Origin: Sediminibacterium sp.
GTDB lineage: Bacteria; Bacteroidota; Bacteroidia; Chitinophagales; Chitinophagaceae
NCBI GenBank assembly: GCA_044341385.1
Contig: JBIIRW010000001.1
Location: 1,431 to 65,430, forward strand
Reading direction: 5' to 3'
Length of the DNA: 64,000 nucleotides
Position 1 is the stretch's first letter. Each line of letters begins with the position of its first letter. Below the pieces are notes generated by a model, which saw only the letters and a program-made list of their open reading frames with translations, was not told the DNA's origin and searched no databases. This document shows, one piece after another, positions 30,895 through 41,208 of this stretch. Position numbers and translations under genes: made by a program.

Positions 30895-31980
30895 ATGGTT
30901 GATCAAAATAACACGGAGCAATTTGATAACGACGAAATATCGTTGAAGGAATTGGTATTAAAAATAAAAGAATGGTATCAGTTTTTAATATCTAAGTGGA
31001 AATTAATTGTACTCATGGGTGTAATTGGTGGCGTAATTGGCTTTACCTATGCTTATTTTCAAAAGCCTACTTATAAAGCGGTATTAACTTTTGCAATGGA
31101 AGAAGAAAAAAGTGGGGGCGGAGGATTAGGTGGCGCATTAGGATTGGCAAGCCAATTTGGCATTGATTTAGGTTCAAGTGGTGGTGGTGCATTTTCGGGT
31201 GCTAATTTGATTGAGTTAATGAAGAGTCGAAAGTTGGTTGAAAAAACATTGTTATCCCCCATTGAAGTTGATGGTAAGGCGCAAAGCTTGGTTGAATATT
31301 ATTTAGCATTCAATGAAATAAAAAAAGATTGGGACGAAAAGCCCCTGTTAAAAAATGTAAGCTTTCCTATAGACGCAGACAGAACAAAATTTACTTTACA
31401 ACAAGATTCTATTTTAAAAAATTTGGCTGCGGGATTAATAAAAAAAGATTTAGTTATTTCTCAGAAAGATAAAAAAGTTAGCATTTTAAGTATTGAGATG
31501 AATTCAACTAATGAACAATTCGCCAAAGTTTTTTGTGAGACAATAGCAAAGGAAACATCCGAATATTATGTAGAAATTAAAAGTAAGAAATCGAAGATGA
31601 ATGTTGATATTCTGCAACATCAAGCAGATAGTATTCGCGCGGAACTTAACAGTGCTATTACTGGTGTTGCAGCAGCAGCAGATAATGTGTTTAATTTAAA
31701 TTCAGCAATGAATGTAAGAAGAACTCCAAGTGCACGTAGGCAGGTAGATGTTCAGGCGAACACTGCGATACTTACACAATTAGTTGGAAATTTGGAACTA
31801 GCTAAAGTTACTTTAAGAAAAGAAACACCTTTATTGCAAATTATTGACCGACCATCTTTTCCCTTAGAAAAAGAAAAAGTAGGCAAATTAAAATCATTGG
31901 TATTAGGTGGATTTTTAGCAGGCTTTTTAACCGTATTATATTTAGTGTTTACAAGTTTATATAAAAAATTGATCGCGTAA
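30895..31980 (+). CDS. wzz: Chain-length determinant (second)
   Basis: DEISLKEL, GLASQFGIDL, KETPLLQIIDRP; two TMs. Confidence 0.85.
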   Translation: MVDQNNTEQFDNDEISLKELVLKIKEWYQFLISKWKLIVLMGVIGGVIGFTYAYFQKPTYKAVLTFAMEEEKSGGGGLGGALGLASQFGIDLGSSGGGAFSGANLIELMKSRKLVEKTLLSPIEVDGKAQSLVEYYLAFNEIKKDWDEKPLLKNVSFPIDADRTKFTLQQDSILKNLAAGLIKKDLVISQKDKKVSILSIEMNSTNEQFAKVFCETIAKETSEYYVEIKSKKSKMNVDILQHQADSIRAELNSAITGVAAAADNVFNLNSAMNVRRTPSARRQVDVQANTAILTQLVGNLELAKVTLRKETPLLQIIDRPSFPLEKEKVGKLKSLVLGGFLAGFLTVLYLVFTSLYKKLIA

Positions 31981-32031
31981 TTAATTTTATTTTTTAGGCT
32001 TTAAAAATAATTAATACAATCCCCCCGTTGT

Positions 32032-33990
32032 ATGATTCAAACAAAAACAAACGTTATGTTTAAAAACTTTAATATTGTCCCTAGGTGGATTATATTCTTA
32101 TTAGACATTGGTGGCACCTTATTTTCGCTTTTTTTAGCCATTGCTATCAAACAGAACCTAACATTAGTAGGCTTAAGTTGGGAAGCCGTATTTAATACAT
32201 TTGTATTAGTTGCTATTATTAATACTTTGGTATTTACTTCCATTAAAACTTATTCAGGTATTGTAAGATATACTGGCATACAGGATGCTTTTAGAATTAG
32301 TATATCTGTAATTGCTTCAGCTGTATTTTTATTTGTTGTTAACGGTATTTCCTCACGATATAGTCAGGAATTTACATTAGGCTCTGTGGTTGTTATAGTT
32401 TATGCAGGATTTAGTTTTTTAATATTAGTTAGTTACCGCGTATTAGTCAAATTTTTATTTGCCTATGCCAAAAACTACAAAATGAAAAAAAAGAGCGTCG
32501 TTATTTTTGGCGCTGCAGATACAGGTGTTGCTACACAAAGAGTACTCGAAAATCATGGCGGGAATAATATACACATTGTTGCCTTTATTGATGACGATAA
32601 AAAAAAGAGCAATAAAAATTTAAATGGTATACCAGTAATACGATTTGAAGAATTTATAAAGATTGCTGCTTTACAACCTATTGACGAATTAATTATTGCC
32701 AGCTTTACAATGCCCACCAAACGAAAAAATGAATTGGTCGATTTTTGTTTGGACCATGATATTAAAGTGTTAAGTGTACCACCTTATAGCAAGTGGGCGG
32801 AAGGCAAATTTAACAGCAACCAATTACAGACAATTAAAATTGAGGATTTATTGGAGCGTGATCCTATAGTGATAAATAATAATCAAATCCGTTCACAAAT
32901 TAAAGGCAAGCGTGTATTAGTTACTGGTGCAGCAGGCTCTATAGGAAGTGAAATTGTTAGGCAGTTAATACCTTATGCACCTGAAATGATTATTATGTGT
33001 GACCAGGCCGAAACCCCACTGCATAATATTGAATTAGAATTACAGGAGCGCGGCACACGTGTCAACTGCGTTTCGTTTTTAGCCGATATCACCAACGAAA
33101 AAAGAATGGATGGTTTGTTTGATAGTTTTAAGCCGCATTATGTTTATCATGCAGCAGCCTATAAGCATGTACCCATGATGGAATTGTGTCCTACTGAAGC
33201 GGTAAGGAACAATGTGATAGGCACTAAAATAGTATCTGACCTTGCAGTAAAATACAATGCTGAAAGGTTTGTAATGATCAGTACCGATAAAGCGGTGAAC
33301 CCTACCAATGTAATGGGTGCAAGTAAACGCATGGCTGAAATTTATGTACAAGGCTTATCGAGTGAAAAAAATATTACCACTAAATTTATTACTACTCGTT
33401 TTGGAAATGTGCTTGGTAGTAATGGATCGGTTATTAATAGATTTAAGGAACAAATTGAAAAAGGTGGACCATTAACAGTAACACACCCAAATATTACACG
33501 ATACTTTATGACCATCCCCGAAGCTTGTCAATTGGTATTGGAAGCTGGTAGTATGGGGAATGGTGGTGAGATATTTGTTTTTGATATGGGACAGCCGGTT
33601 GCTATTGCCGACTTGGCTAAAAAAATGATTCGTTTGTATGGTATGATTCCAAATATTGATATTAATATCACTTACAGTGGTTTACGCCCTGGTGAAAAAT
33701 TATATGAGGAATTATTGAACGATGCTGAAAATACCTTGGCTACTTACCACGATAAAATATTGATTGCTAAAGTAAGGGAGGTGGAACTAACCAGCATTAA
33801 TGAAAGCTTTAATGACCTTAGGTTGTTAGTGACTTCGGCTTCTAAATTATCCAATGAAATGGAGCTGGTGGGTAAAATGAAGGAGCTGGTCCCTGAATTT
33901 ATCAGCAACAATAGCATATTTGAGCGCTTAGATCCTAGCCTTCAAACCAAGATATTGGATATGACGGGGGGGGGGGGTAGAAATTTCTAA
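32032..33990 (+). CDS. capD: Membrane-bound nucleoside-diphosphate sugar 4,6-dehydratase (CapD/PglF/WbpM family)
   Basis: N-terminal TMs; GAAGSIGSE, HAAAYKHVP, STDKAVNPTNVMGASKR, RFGNVLGS. Confidence 0.92.
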   Translation: MIQTKTNVMFKNFNIVPRWIIFLLDIGGTLFSLFLAIAIKQNLTLVGLSWEAVFNTFVLVAIINTLVFTSIKTYSGIVRYTGIQDAFRISISVIASAVFLFVVNGISSRYSQEFTLGSVVVIVYAGFSFLILVSYRVLVKFLFAYAKNYKMKKKSVVIFGAADTGVATQRVLENHGGNNIHIVAFIDDDKKKSNKNLNGIPVIRFEEFIKIAALQPIDELIIASFTMPTKRKNELVDFCLDHDIKVLSVPPYSKWAEGKFNSNQLQTIKIEDLLERDPIVINNNQIRSQIKGKRVLVTGAAGSIGSEIVRQLIPYAPEMIIMCDQAETPLHNIELELQERGTRVNCVSFLADITNEKRMDGLFDSFKPHYVYHAAAYKHVPMMELCPTEAVRNNVIGTKIVSDLAVKYNAERFVMISTDKAVNPTNVMGASKRMAEIYVQGLSSEKNITTKFITTRFGNVLGSNGSVINRFKEQIEKGGPLTVTHPNITRYFMTIPEACQLVLEAGSMGNGGEIFVFDMGQPVAIADLAKKMIRLYGMIPNIDINITYSGLRPGEKLYEELLNDAENTLATYHDKILIAKVREVELTSINESFNDLRLLVTSASKLSNEMELVGKMKELVPEFISNNSIFERLDPSLQTKILDMTGGGGRNF

Positions 33991-34069
33991 ATCAAGATAA
34001 TTTTTATATTATACTCAATTATACTTATTTTTACTACTCAATATTGCGCTATATTTAATCATTAATATC

Positions 34070-34108
34070 GAGTTTTCATCATTAATATGTGACTCAGGGC
34101 GGCGAAGC
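34070..34108 (+). promoter_or_regulatory. Conserved leader element, copy 3 (variant)
   Basis: GAGTTttcatcattaatatgTGACTCAgggcgGCGAAGC; same spacing from TGTGACT to GCGAAGC. Confidence 0.6.
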
Positions 34109-34143
34109 CGTAATAAACTTACTCTAATTTCTCATCTACCCCA

Positions 34144-34680
34144 ATGATCTTAGATAAAATTTTTACTGGAAAAATCAGGGTGCAATTACTCACCAAATTG
34201 CTACTCAACCCCGCTAGTACCGTGTATTTGCGCGGTTTGGAAAGGGATTTAGGTGTGAGCAGTAATACAGTGCGGTTGGAATTAAATAAGTTATCGGACA
34301 TGCAACTAATACAGGAGCAAACCGATGATGAAAACACAAAAACAAAACATTACGCTGTAAATACAAAACACCCCATGTTTAAATCCTTGCGAGGGGTGAT
34401 CATGCAATATGTTGGTTTGGATCAAATTATTGAGAATGTATTGGATAAGTTGGGTAATGTGGATGAGGTATACCTAACAGGGGACCTTGCCCTAGGAAAA
34501 AACAATCCCTTTGTGGATTTAGTAATTGTAGGTGATATTGATAAAGCTTATTTATACCAGTTGATTGAAAAGGCGGAAACATTGATAGATAAAAAAATAC
34601 GTGCTGCGATCTATCAACCCGAGGAGTTTACCGAGAAAAAGTTGCAGGATGTAGGGGTATTTATGAAGTTGATGGGGTAG
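34144..34680 (+). CDS. Winged-helix (ArsR-like) regulator fused to a degenerate nucleotidyltransferase domain
   Basis: YLRGLERDLGVSSNTVRLELNKL helix-turn-helix; YLTGDLALG...VDLVIVGD. Confidence 0.8.
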   Translation: MILDKIFTGKIRVQLLTKLLLNPASTVYLRGLERDLGVSSNTVRLELNKLSDMQLIQEQTDDENTKTKHYAVNTKHPMFKSLRGVIMQYVGLDQIIENVLDKLGNVDEVYLTGDLALGKNNPFVDLVIVGDIDKAYLYQLIEKAETLIDKKIRAAIYQPEEFTEKKLQDVGVFMKLMG

Positions 34681-34857
34681 AAATTTGGATTAGTGTGGTC
34701 CATTCGGCCAAATACTATTCATGGATATACGTAAATCATTAAATCGTTCATTTTCAGCGTTAAATAGTTTTATTTAAAATTTTAGATTAACGCCAATCAT
34801 CAAAAATAGACGTTCTGGTGCGCAGTTTGGTGCGCACTTAATTTTAAATTAAGTTAA

Positions 34858-36159
34858 GTGAAAATAGCAATTGTAGGCACAGGATATGTTGGATTAGTGA
34901 CGGGTACTTGTTTTGCAGAGACGGGTAACAAAGTGACCTGTGTGGATATCGATAAGGCTAAAGTAGAAAAGTTAAGTGCTGGTCAAATTACTATTTACGA
35001 ACCAGGATTAGAGAAGATATTTTTAAGAAATATTAAAGAGAGTCGTTTGAAGTTCACGACTCAATTAGAAGAAGCAGTGGAGGGTGCAGAGATTATATTT
35101 TTAGCATTACCAACGCCTCCTGGAGCGGATGGAAGTGCGGATTTAAAATATGTATTGGGTGTAGCGGATCATTTAGGTAAAATATTAAAGGGGTATAAAG
35201 TGATCGTGAACAAGAGCACGGTACCAGTGGGGACAGTGGATAAAGTGAGTGCTGCGATTGCAAAAAATTACAGCGGTGAATATGATGTAGTGAGTAACCC
35301 AGAGTTTTTAAGAGAGGGTGTTGCTGTGGATGATTTCATGAAGCCAGATAGAGTAGTAGTAGGCACAAGATCCGAAAGAGCTAAAAAATTAATGAGTGAT
35401 TTATATGCGCCATTTGTAAGACAGGGCAACCCTGTTATTTTTATGGATGAGCGTAGTTCGGAGTTAACCAAGTATGCAGCAAACTCATTCTTGGCGACTA
35501 AGATTTCTTTTATGAATGAGATTGCGCAGTTGTGTGAGCGCATGGGTGCGGATGTGGACATGGTTAGAAGAGGGATTGGATCTGATGAAAGAATTGGCAA
35601 ACGATTTTTATTTCCAGGGATAGGCTATGGTGGCTCTTGTTTTCCAAAAGACGTACAAGCCTTAATCATGTCATCGGATGAAGTGAACTATGCTTTTGAG
35701 ATTTTAAAAGCAGTAGAGAAAGTGAATGCTAATCAAAAACTACACTTGGTAGAAAAGATAAAGGTATATTTTAATAATAATTTGCAAGGAAAGCATTTTG
35801 CCTTGTGGGGTTTAGCGTTTAAGCCTAATACAGATGATATAAGAGAGGCACCAGCATTAAATATCATCAATGCCTTAACCAAAGCAGGTGCTTCTATTAG
35901 CGCATATGATCCAGAAGCGATGCCAAATGTAAAAGCACAGATTGGAGATATTATTCACTATGCGAAAAATCAATATCAAGCTTTAGATAAAGCAGATGCA
36001 TTGATAATTGCAACTGAGTGGAGTGAGTTTAGAACGCCAGACTTTGATTTAATTGAACAAAAAATGCCAAACAAAATTGTGTTTGATGGTAGAAACTTGT
36101 TTGATACAATCAATATGAAGGAATCAGGTTTTCACTATGTAAGTGTTGGCAGAAAATAA
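34858..36159 (+). CDS. ugd: UDP-glucose 6-dehydrogenase
   Basis: GTGYVGL, SNPEFLREG, KYAANSFLA, GYGGSCFPKD, FKPNTDDIRE. Confidence 0.95.
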   Translation: MKIAIVGTGYVGLVTGTCFAETGNKVTCVDIDKAKVEKLSAGQITIYEPGLEKIFLRNIKESRLKFTTQLEEAVEGAEIIFLALPTPPGADGSADLKYVLGVADHLGKILKGYKVIVNKSTVPVGTVDKVSAAIAKNYSGEYDVVSNPEFLREGVAVDDFMKPDRVVVGTRSERAKKLMSDLYAPFVRQGNPVIFMDERSSELTKYAANSFLATKISFMNEIAQLCERMGADVDMVRRGIGSDERIGKRFLFPGIGYGGSCFPKDVQALIMSSDEVNYAFEILKAVEKVNANQKLHLVEKIKVYFNNNLQGKHFALWGLAFKPNTDDIREAPALNIINALTKAGASISAYDPEAMPNVKAQIGDIIHYAKNQYQALDKADALIIATEWSEFRTPDFDLIEQKMPNKIVFDGRNLFDTINMKESGFHYVSVGRK

Positions 36160-36168
36160 AAGTATAAA

Positions 36169-37257
36169 ATGAAAAAAGCAATTATAACAGGTATTACAGG
36201 TCAAGATGGAGCGTATTTAGCAGAGTTTTTATTAAACAAAGGATATGAGGTGCACGGAATTAAAAGAAGATCTTCTTTGTTTAATACACAAAGAATAGAT
36301 CACATATATGAAGATCCACATACCCCACATAGACATCTTCATTTACATTATGGGGACTTAACTGATAGCACTAATCTAATACGTATTATTAAAGAAGTTC
36401 AACCTGACGAAATTTACAACCTAGCTGCAATGAGCCATGTTCATGTGAGCTTTGAAGAACCAGAATATACAGCAAATGCAGATGGTATTGGAACATTAAG
36501 AATTTTAGAAGCAGTTCGTTTATTAGGCTTGACTAAGAAAACAAAAATATACCAAGCATCTACTTCGGAATTATATGGCTTGGTACAGGCGGTTCCTCAA
36601 TCTGAAACAACTCCTTTTTATCCACGTTCTCCGTATGCTGTTGCGAAATTATATGCATACTGGATTACGGTTAATTATAGGGAAGCTTATAACATGTATG
36701 CTTGTAATGGCATATTGTTTAATCATGAGTCCCCACAAAGAGGTGAAACCTTTGTAACAAGAAAAATTACCAGAGCAACTGCTAAAATTGCTTTAGGTAT
36801 GGACAGTTGTTTATACTTGGGAAATTTAGATGCAAAAAGAGATTGGGGACATGCGAAGGATTATATTGAAGGAATGTATTTGATTTTACAACAAGAAAAA
36901 CCAGAAGACTTTGTTTTAGCAACCGGAATCACTACAACCATTCGTGATTTTGTAAAAATGAGTTTTGCCGAACTAGGAATTGAATTAGGGTTTAAAGGGA
37001 AGGATGAATTTGAAGAAGGATATGTTGTAAAAAATATTAGCGATTACAAACTGGATGAGGGCCAAGTTATTGTGAAAGTAGATCCTAAATATTACAGACC
37101 AACTGAAGTTGATTTATTAATTGGAGATCCAACTAAAGCAATGACTAAATTAGGTTGGAAACCTCAATATAATTTAGCAGCATTAGTTAAAGAAATGGTA
37201 GCAAGTGATGTTTCCTTATTTAAAAAGGAATTGCATGTCAAACAAAGCGGATTATAA
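36169..37257 (+). CDS. gmd: GDP-mannose 4,6-dehydratase
   Basis: [41 protein letters not shown]. Confidence 0.97.
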   Translation: MKKAIITGITGQDGAYLAEFLLNKGYEVHGIKRRSSLFNTQRIDHIYEDPHTPHRHLHLHYGDLTDSTNLIRIIKEVQPDEIYNLAAMSHVHVSFEEPEYTANADGIGTLRILEAVRLLGLTKKTKIYQASTSELYGLVQAVPQSETTPFYPRSPYAVAKLYAYWITVNYREAYNMYACNGILFNHESPQRGETFVTRKITRATAKIALGMDSCLYLGNLDAKRDWGHAKDYIEGMYLILQQEKPEDFVLATGITTTIRDFVKMSFAELGIELGFKGKDEFEEGYVVKNISDYKLDEGQVIVKVDPKYYRPTEVDLLIGDPTKAMTKLGWKPQYNLAALVKEMVASDVSLFKKELHVKQSGL

Positions 37258-37259
37258 GC

Positions 37260-38189
37260 ATGGAACAAACTGCTAAAATATATATTGCTGGACACAGAGG
37301 AATGGTAGGTTCAGGATTAGAACGTAAACTAAGAAAAGAAGGGTATAACAATATTGTTACTAGAACTTCAGGTGAATTAGATTTAAGAAACCAGCAAGCT
37401 GTCAATGATTTTTTTGAAAAAGAAAAACCGGCATATGTAATTCTTGCTGCTGCAAAAGTTGGAGGTATATATGCTAATAATACTTATAGAGCAGAATTTA
37501 TTTATGATAACTTAATGATTGAAGCGAATATTATTCATGCAGCTTATTTGAATAAGGTAACTAAGTTATTATTTTTGGGTTCATCTTGTATTTACCCTAA
37601 AATGGCTCCACAGCCATTGAAAGAAGAGTATTTATTAAGTGGATATTTAGAGCCAACAAATCAACCATATGCCATAGCAAAAATTGCAGGTATTGAAATG
37701 TGTGATAGTTATAGAGCGCAGTATGGTTGTAATTTTATTTCAGCCATGCCTACAAATTTGTATGGTACAAATGACAATTACCATCCAGAAAATTCACATG
37801 TGCTTCCTGCGCTAATTAGAAGAATTGTTTTAGCAAAAAAGAACAATGAACTAAATGTTACCATTTGGGGAACAGGGACCCCAAGAAGAGAGTTTTTACA
37901 TGTTGATGATTTATCTGATGCGTGTTATTTCTTGTTACAAAACTATAATGGTCAGGGCTTAGTAAACATTGGATGCGGAACTGATGTTTCTATTCATGAA
38001 TTAGCGGAGCTTATAGTTAAAGAAGTTAATTATGAAGGAGAGCTTATTTATGATACTACAAAGCTAGATGGCACTCCTAGAAAGTTAATGGATACAAGTA
38101 AAATTAATAATTTAGGTTGGATGCCGAGTATTAAATTAGAAGTTGGAGTAAAAAAAACAGTACTTGAATATTTGAAAATTATTGAATAA
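37260..38189 (+). CDS. fcl: GDP-L-fucose synthase
   Basis: [36 protein letters not shown]. Confidence 0.96.
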   Translation: MEQTAKIYIAGHRGMVGSGLERKLRKEGYNNIVTRTSGELDLRNQQAVNDFFEKEKPAYVILAAAKVGGIYANNTYRAEFIYDNLMIEANIIHAAYLNKVTKLLFLGSSCIYPKMAPQPLKEEYLLSGYLEPTNQPYAIAKIAGIEMCDSYRAQYGCNFISAMPTNLYGTNDNYHPENSHVLPALIRRIVLAKKNNELNVTIWGTGTPRREFLHVDDLSDACYFLLQNYNGQGLVNIGCGTDVSIHELAELIVKEVNYEGELIYDTTKLDGTPRKLMDTSKINNLGWMPSIKLEVGVKKTVLEYLKIIE

Positions 38190-38414
38190 ATTAAGAGAAG
38201 TGAAAAATAATTTAAAGCACCAATAACAGGATTCAACTGTCTTTACACCACTTTACGGGTTATAGTTTGATAAAAAATCTTTTCACTTGATTACAGGGAC
38301 GGTTATTTACTCACAGAAATTCCCAGGGTACAAGCTGAAAATACATTTTTTATAATATTCAAATCTTTTAAATCAATATAATTTTTCAAATCTGAAAACT
38401 CTATATTAACGGCA

Positions 38415-39716
38415 GTGAATATAATTTCAAATTGGAGTATGAGTCGAATTAAACGACTCTCCATGGAAGGTTTATGGTTTGGCGCAGGACAAATTGCATC
38501 AGTTGTCGGTTCACTGTTCCTTGTACGCGTTCTTACGGAACATCTTAATCCTGGCGAATATGGACAATTGTCACTAGGGCTAACCGTTGCAGGGTTGGTA
38601 AATGCTGTGGTGATGGGTGGGGTTACTAATGGCATTAGCCGGTTTTATCCCATAGCCGTCGAAAAGCAGGACTTAGGCGGATATATGTATGCCACTTACC
38701 GCCTGTTGCTTTACGCCACAGTTATATCAGTATTGATCATCCTCCCATTAATTGTGGGTTTGTTGTGGTTAGGCTATTCACACTGGATAGCTTTAGCTTC
38801 TTTAGTTTTTGTATTTTCGATATTGAGTGCTTACAATTCAGCATTAAGTGGCATTCAGAATGCCGCCCGACAACGTTCTATTGTAGCCTTTCATAGTGGA
38901 TTGGATGCTTGGCTCAAAATCGGATTGGTACTACTAGTAATGTTTTGGTTTGGGAATTCAAGTATTTCAGTGGTTATTGGTTATGCCTGTTCATCCTTTC
39001 TTATAATATTCTCCCAACTCGTTTTTTTGCGTCGCACTATTATCATTAAAAAGGAGCAATCTACAAATGATTATCAATGGATAAAGCAAATGTGTGCCTA
39101 TGCTTTACCATTTGCAACATGGGGTATTTTTGGATGGGCACAACAAAGTGCGGCCCGTTGGGCCTTAGAGGCGTTTACAACAACAGAAACTGTTGGACTA
39201 TTTTCTGTCTTATCACAGCTTGGTTACGCCCCCATACAAGTAGTTACTTCAACTGGTCTCGCATTTTTAACACCTATAATTTTCACACGGGTTGGCGATA
39301 TGAGTTCTACAATTGGTAAGGATAATGCTAGTCTTCTAATAAAAAAATTAGTCATTTTAGGGTTAGGACTTACTACAATAGCCGTCCTTTTAGTTGCAAT
39401 ATTACATTCGTACATATTTCACTTACTTGTTAATGATACCTTTTTTTCTGTATCTTCCTTTTTGCCTTGGGTTGTGTTGGCTGGGGGGATATTTTCTGTA
39501 GCTCAGCTTTACGCATCAAAAGCAATGGCTTTATTGAAGACTAAAAAAATAATTTCGACCATGATCGGAAGTTCAATTATTGGTATTGTTGCAGCTATCG
39601 TAGGTACATATTATTTTTCGTTGATGGGTGCAGTCTTTTCAATGCTAGTACATTCTATCTCATATTTTATATGGATAGTTATTGCAGGAAGGTCTTTAGA
39701 TAGTCAAGGTACATAA
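38415..39716 (+). CDS. wzx: Oligosaccharide flippase
   Basis: Multi-TM; LTEHLNPGEYGQLSL, VGLFSVLSQLG. Confidence 0.8.
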   Translation: MNIISNWSMSRIKRLSMEGLWFGAGQIASVVGSLFLVRVLTEHLNPGEYGQLSLGLTVAGLVNAVVMGGVTNGISRFYPIAVEKQDLGGYMYATYRLLLYATVISVLIILPLIVGLLWLGYSHWIALASLVFVFSILSAYNSALSGIQNAARQRSIVAFHSGLDAWLKIGLVLLVMFWFGNSSISVVIGYACSSFLIIFSQLVFLRRTIIIKKEQSTNDYQWIKQMCAYALPFATWGIFGWAQQSAARWALEAFTTTETVGLFSVLSQLGYAPIQVVTSTGLAFLTPIIFTRVGDMSSTIGKDNASLLIKKLVILGLGLTTIAVLLVAILHSYIFHLLVNDTFFSVSSFLPWVVLAGGIFSVAQLYASKAMALLKTKKIISTMIGSSIIGIVAAIVGTYYFSLMGAVFSMLVHSISYFIWIVIAGRSLDSQGT

Positions 39717-40215
39717 TGTTGCTATGTATAAAAAAACTTATTCAGGTTGATTTCTTAACTTATTGTTACTTGGTTTCTATGTAACTACCACCTTAAAAAA
39801 ATGGCGCCCACAATTGTTTTTTAATAAAAGTTGAAAAGTAATTTGATGTGCTTGTGCTTAAATGTAATATTTTTAATCAGAAAAAATGGCGCAAGGCTTA
39901 TTTACGGATGTATTTATTCAAAAAACCTATTTATTAATGTTTCGTGAAGTTGCCTTAAAAAGTAATACTTCGTAGAAGCTAGAGCATGAAAACATCAATA
40001 AAAAGTTAAACATAGAGATCTTCTTGTGAGTGTTTAGGAGGTATGTGATAGTGCCTAATTTGCAGCACGTCTTTATTTTACTTGTAGCCCAAGAGATAAG
40101 ACCAATTTGAATTAAATACAAATTCAGTAAAAAATGCCTCAGAGTAATTGTATTGTAAGTGATTAGTATTTAACTGATACTGATCTAATTTATAATTAAC
40201 ACAAATTTAAATGAC

Positions 40216-41016
40216 ATGATAATAAAACCAGTCCTCATCAAGCTCCATTGGATCCTTTCCAGACAATTTGGCTTCGACCCACGTATTTTTCTTCGCTCTT
40301 TACTTTCCTTGCCTGCTTACATACGTGACTGGATGTCATTCCGCAAAGACTACTCGGGCAAAATGAAGTTTATGCCATGCCTGCATGACCGCTATGAAGA
40401 AGGTGGTGAGACCCAAAGTGAATATTTTTGGCAAGACCTTCTGGTGGCCCGTGCCATATATACGGACAATCCCATAAAGCATGTGGATATTGGCTCACGC
40501 GTTGATGGCTTTGTGGCACATGTGGCTAGTTTTCGCAATTGTGAGGTTTTTGATGTTCGGCCCCTTAGCACTGCAGTGCCCGGTGTGGTGTTTCGCCAAG
40601 CTGATTTGATGAACTCGACTTCATTGCCAACCACTGCCCAGGGGGAGGAGGGTTATTGCGATTCGCTCTCCTGCCTGCATACAATTGAGCACTTTGGGTT
40701 GGGGCGGTATGGCGACCCGATTAATCCAAAAGGCTATCAACGTGGCATTGATAATATGGCACAGTTACTTCAGCCTGGTGGTACGTTATATCTTTCTACA
40801 CCAATCGGTCAGGAGCGTGTTGAATTTAACGCCAACTGGGTTTTTGATCCCCGTAGTATCGTTAAATCTGCCGAGGAGTCTCGCATGTTATTGCAAAAAC
40901 TCATTATCATAACAAGCATCAATAAGCCCCAAGAAGTGGCAATCGATTCAGTATCACTTGCTAATTTGGCCTTGCAGCGCTATCAGCTTGGCTTATTCAT
41001 TTTCAAAAAATTATAA
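40216..41016 (+). CDS. DUF268-like SAM-dependent methyltransferase
   Basis: YFWQDLLVA, HVDIGSRVDGFVAHVA, LSCLHTIEHFGLGRYGDP. Confidence 0.85.
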   Translation: MIIKPVLIKLHWILSRQFGFDPRIFLRSLLSLPAYIRDWMSFRKDYSGKMKFMPCLHDRYEEGGETQSEYFWQDLLVARAIYTDNPIKHVDIGSRVDGFVAHVASFRNCEVFDVRPLSTAVPGVVFRQADLMNSTSLPTTAQGEEGYCDSLSCLHTIEHFGLGRYGDPINPKGYQRGIDNMAQLLQPGGTLYLSTPIGQERVEFNANWVFDPRSIVKSAEESRMLLQKLIIITSINKPQEVAIDSVSLANLALQRYQLGLFIFKKL

Positions 41017-41208
41017 AATGAGTAATTAGCATGCTAATAAAAAATATCAATAAAATAAACTGCCAAGCTCGGATCTATAAAACCCTAACTGCCTTTCCTA
41101 AAGAAAGGCTTTCGGATTCTGGATCAGGTACTTGCAAACTAAAGTATCGGCAAAATTGTGACGATTTGAAACATCTCCTGCAAAACTTTCCAATTTAGCT
41201 TTATAAGA

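Larger units (their letters stand above)
33974..34686 (+). repeat. 13-bp direct repeat GGGGTAGAAATTT at 33974-33986 and 34674-34686
   Basis: Read directly; copies are 700 bp apart and the first overlaps a G12 run (33966-33977). Confidence 0.6.

Noticed and set aside
38190-38414. Possible epimerase N-terminal remnant (KAPITGFN)
   Set aside because: Too short to distinguish from chance.
39717-40215. Gap with AAAAAATGGCGC occurring twice; possible decayed gene
   Set aside because: No identifiable protein motif or structure.
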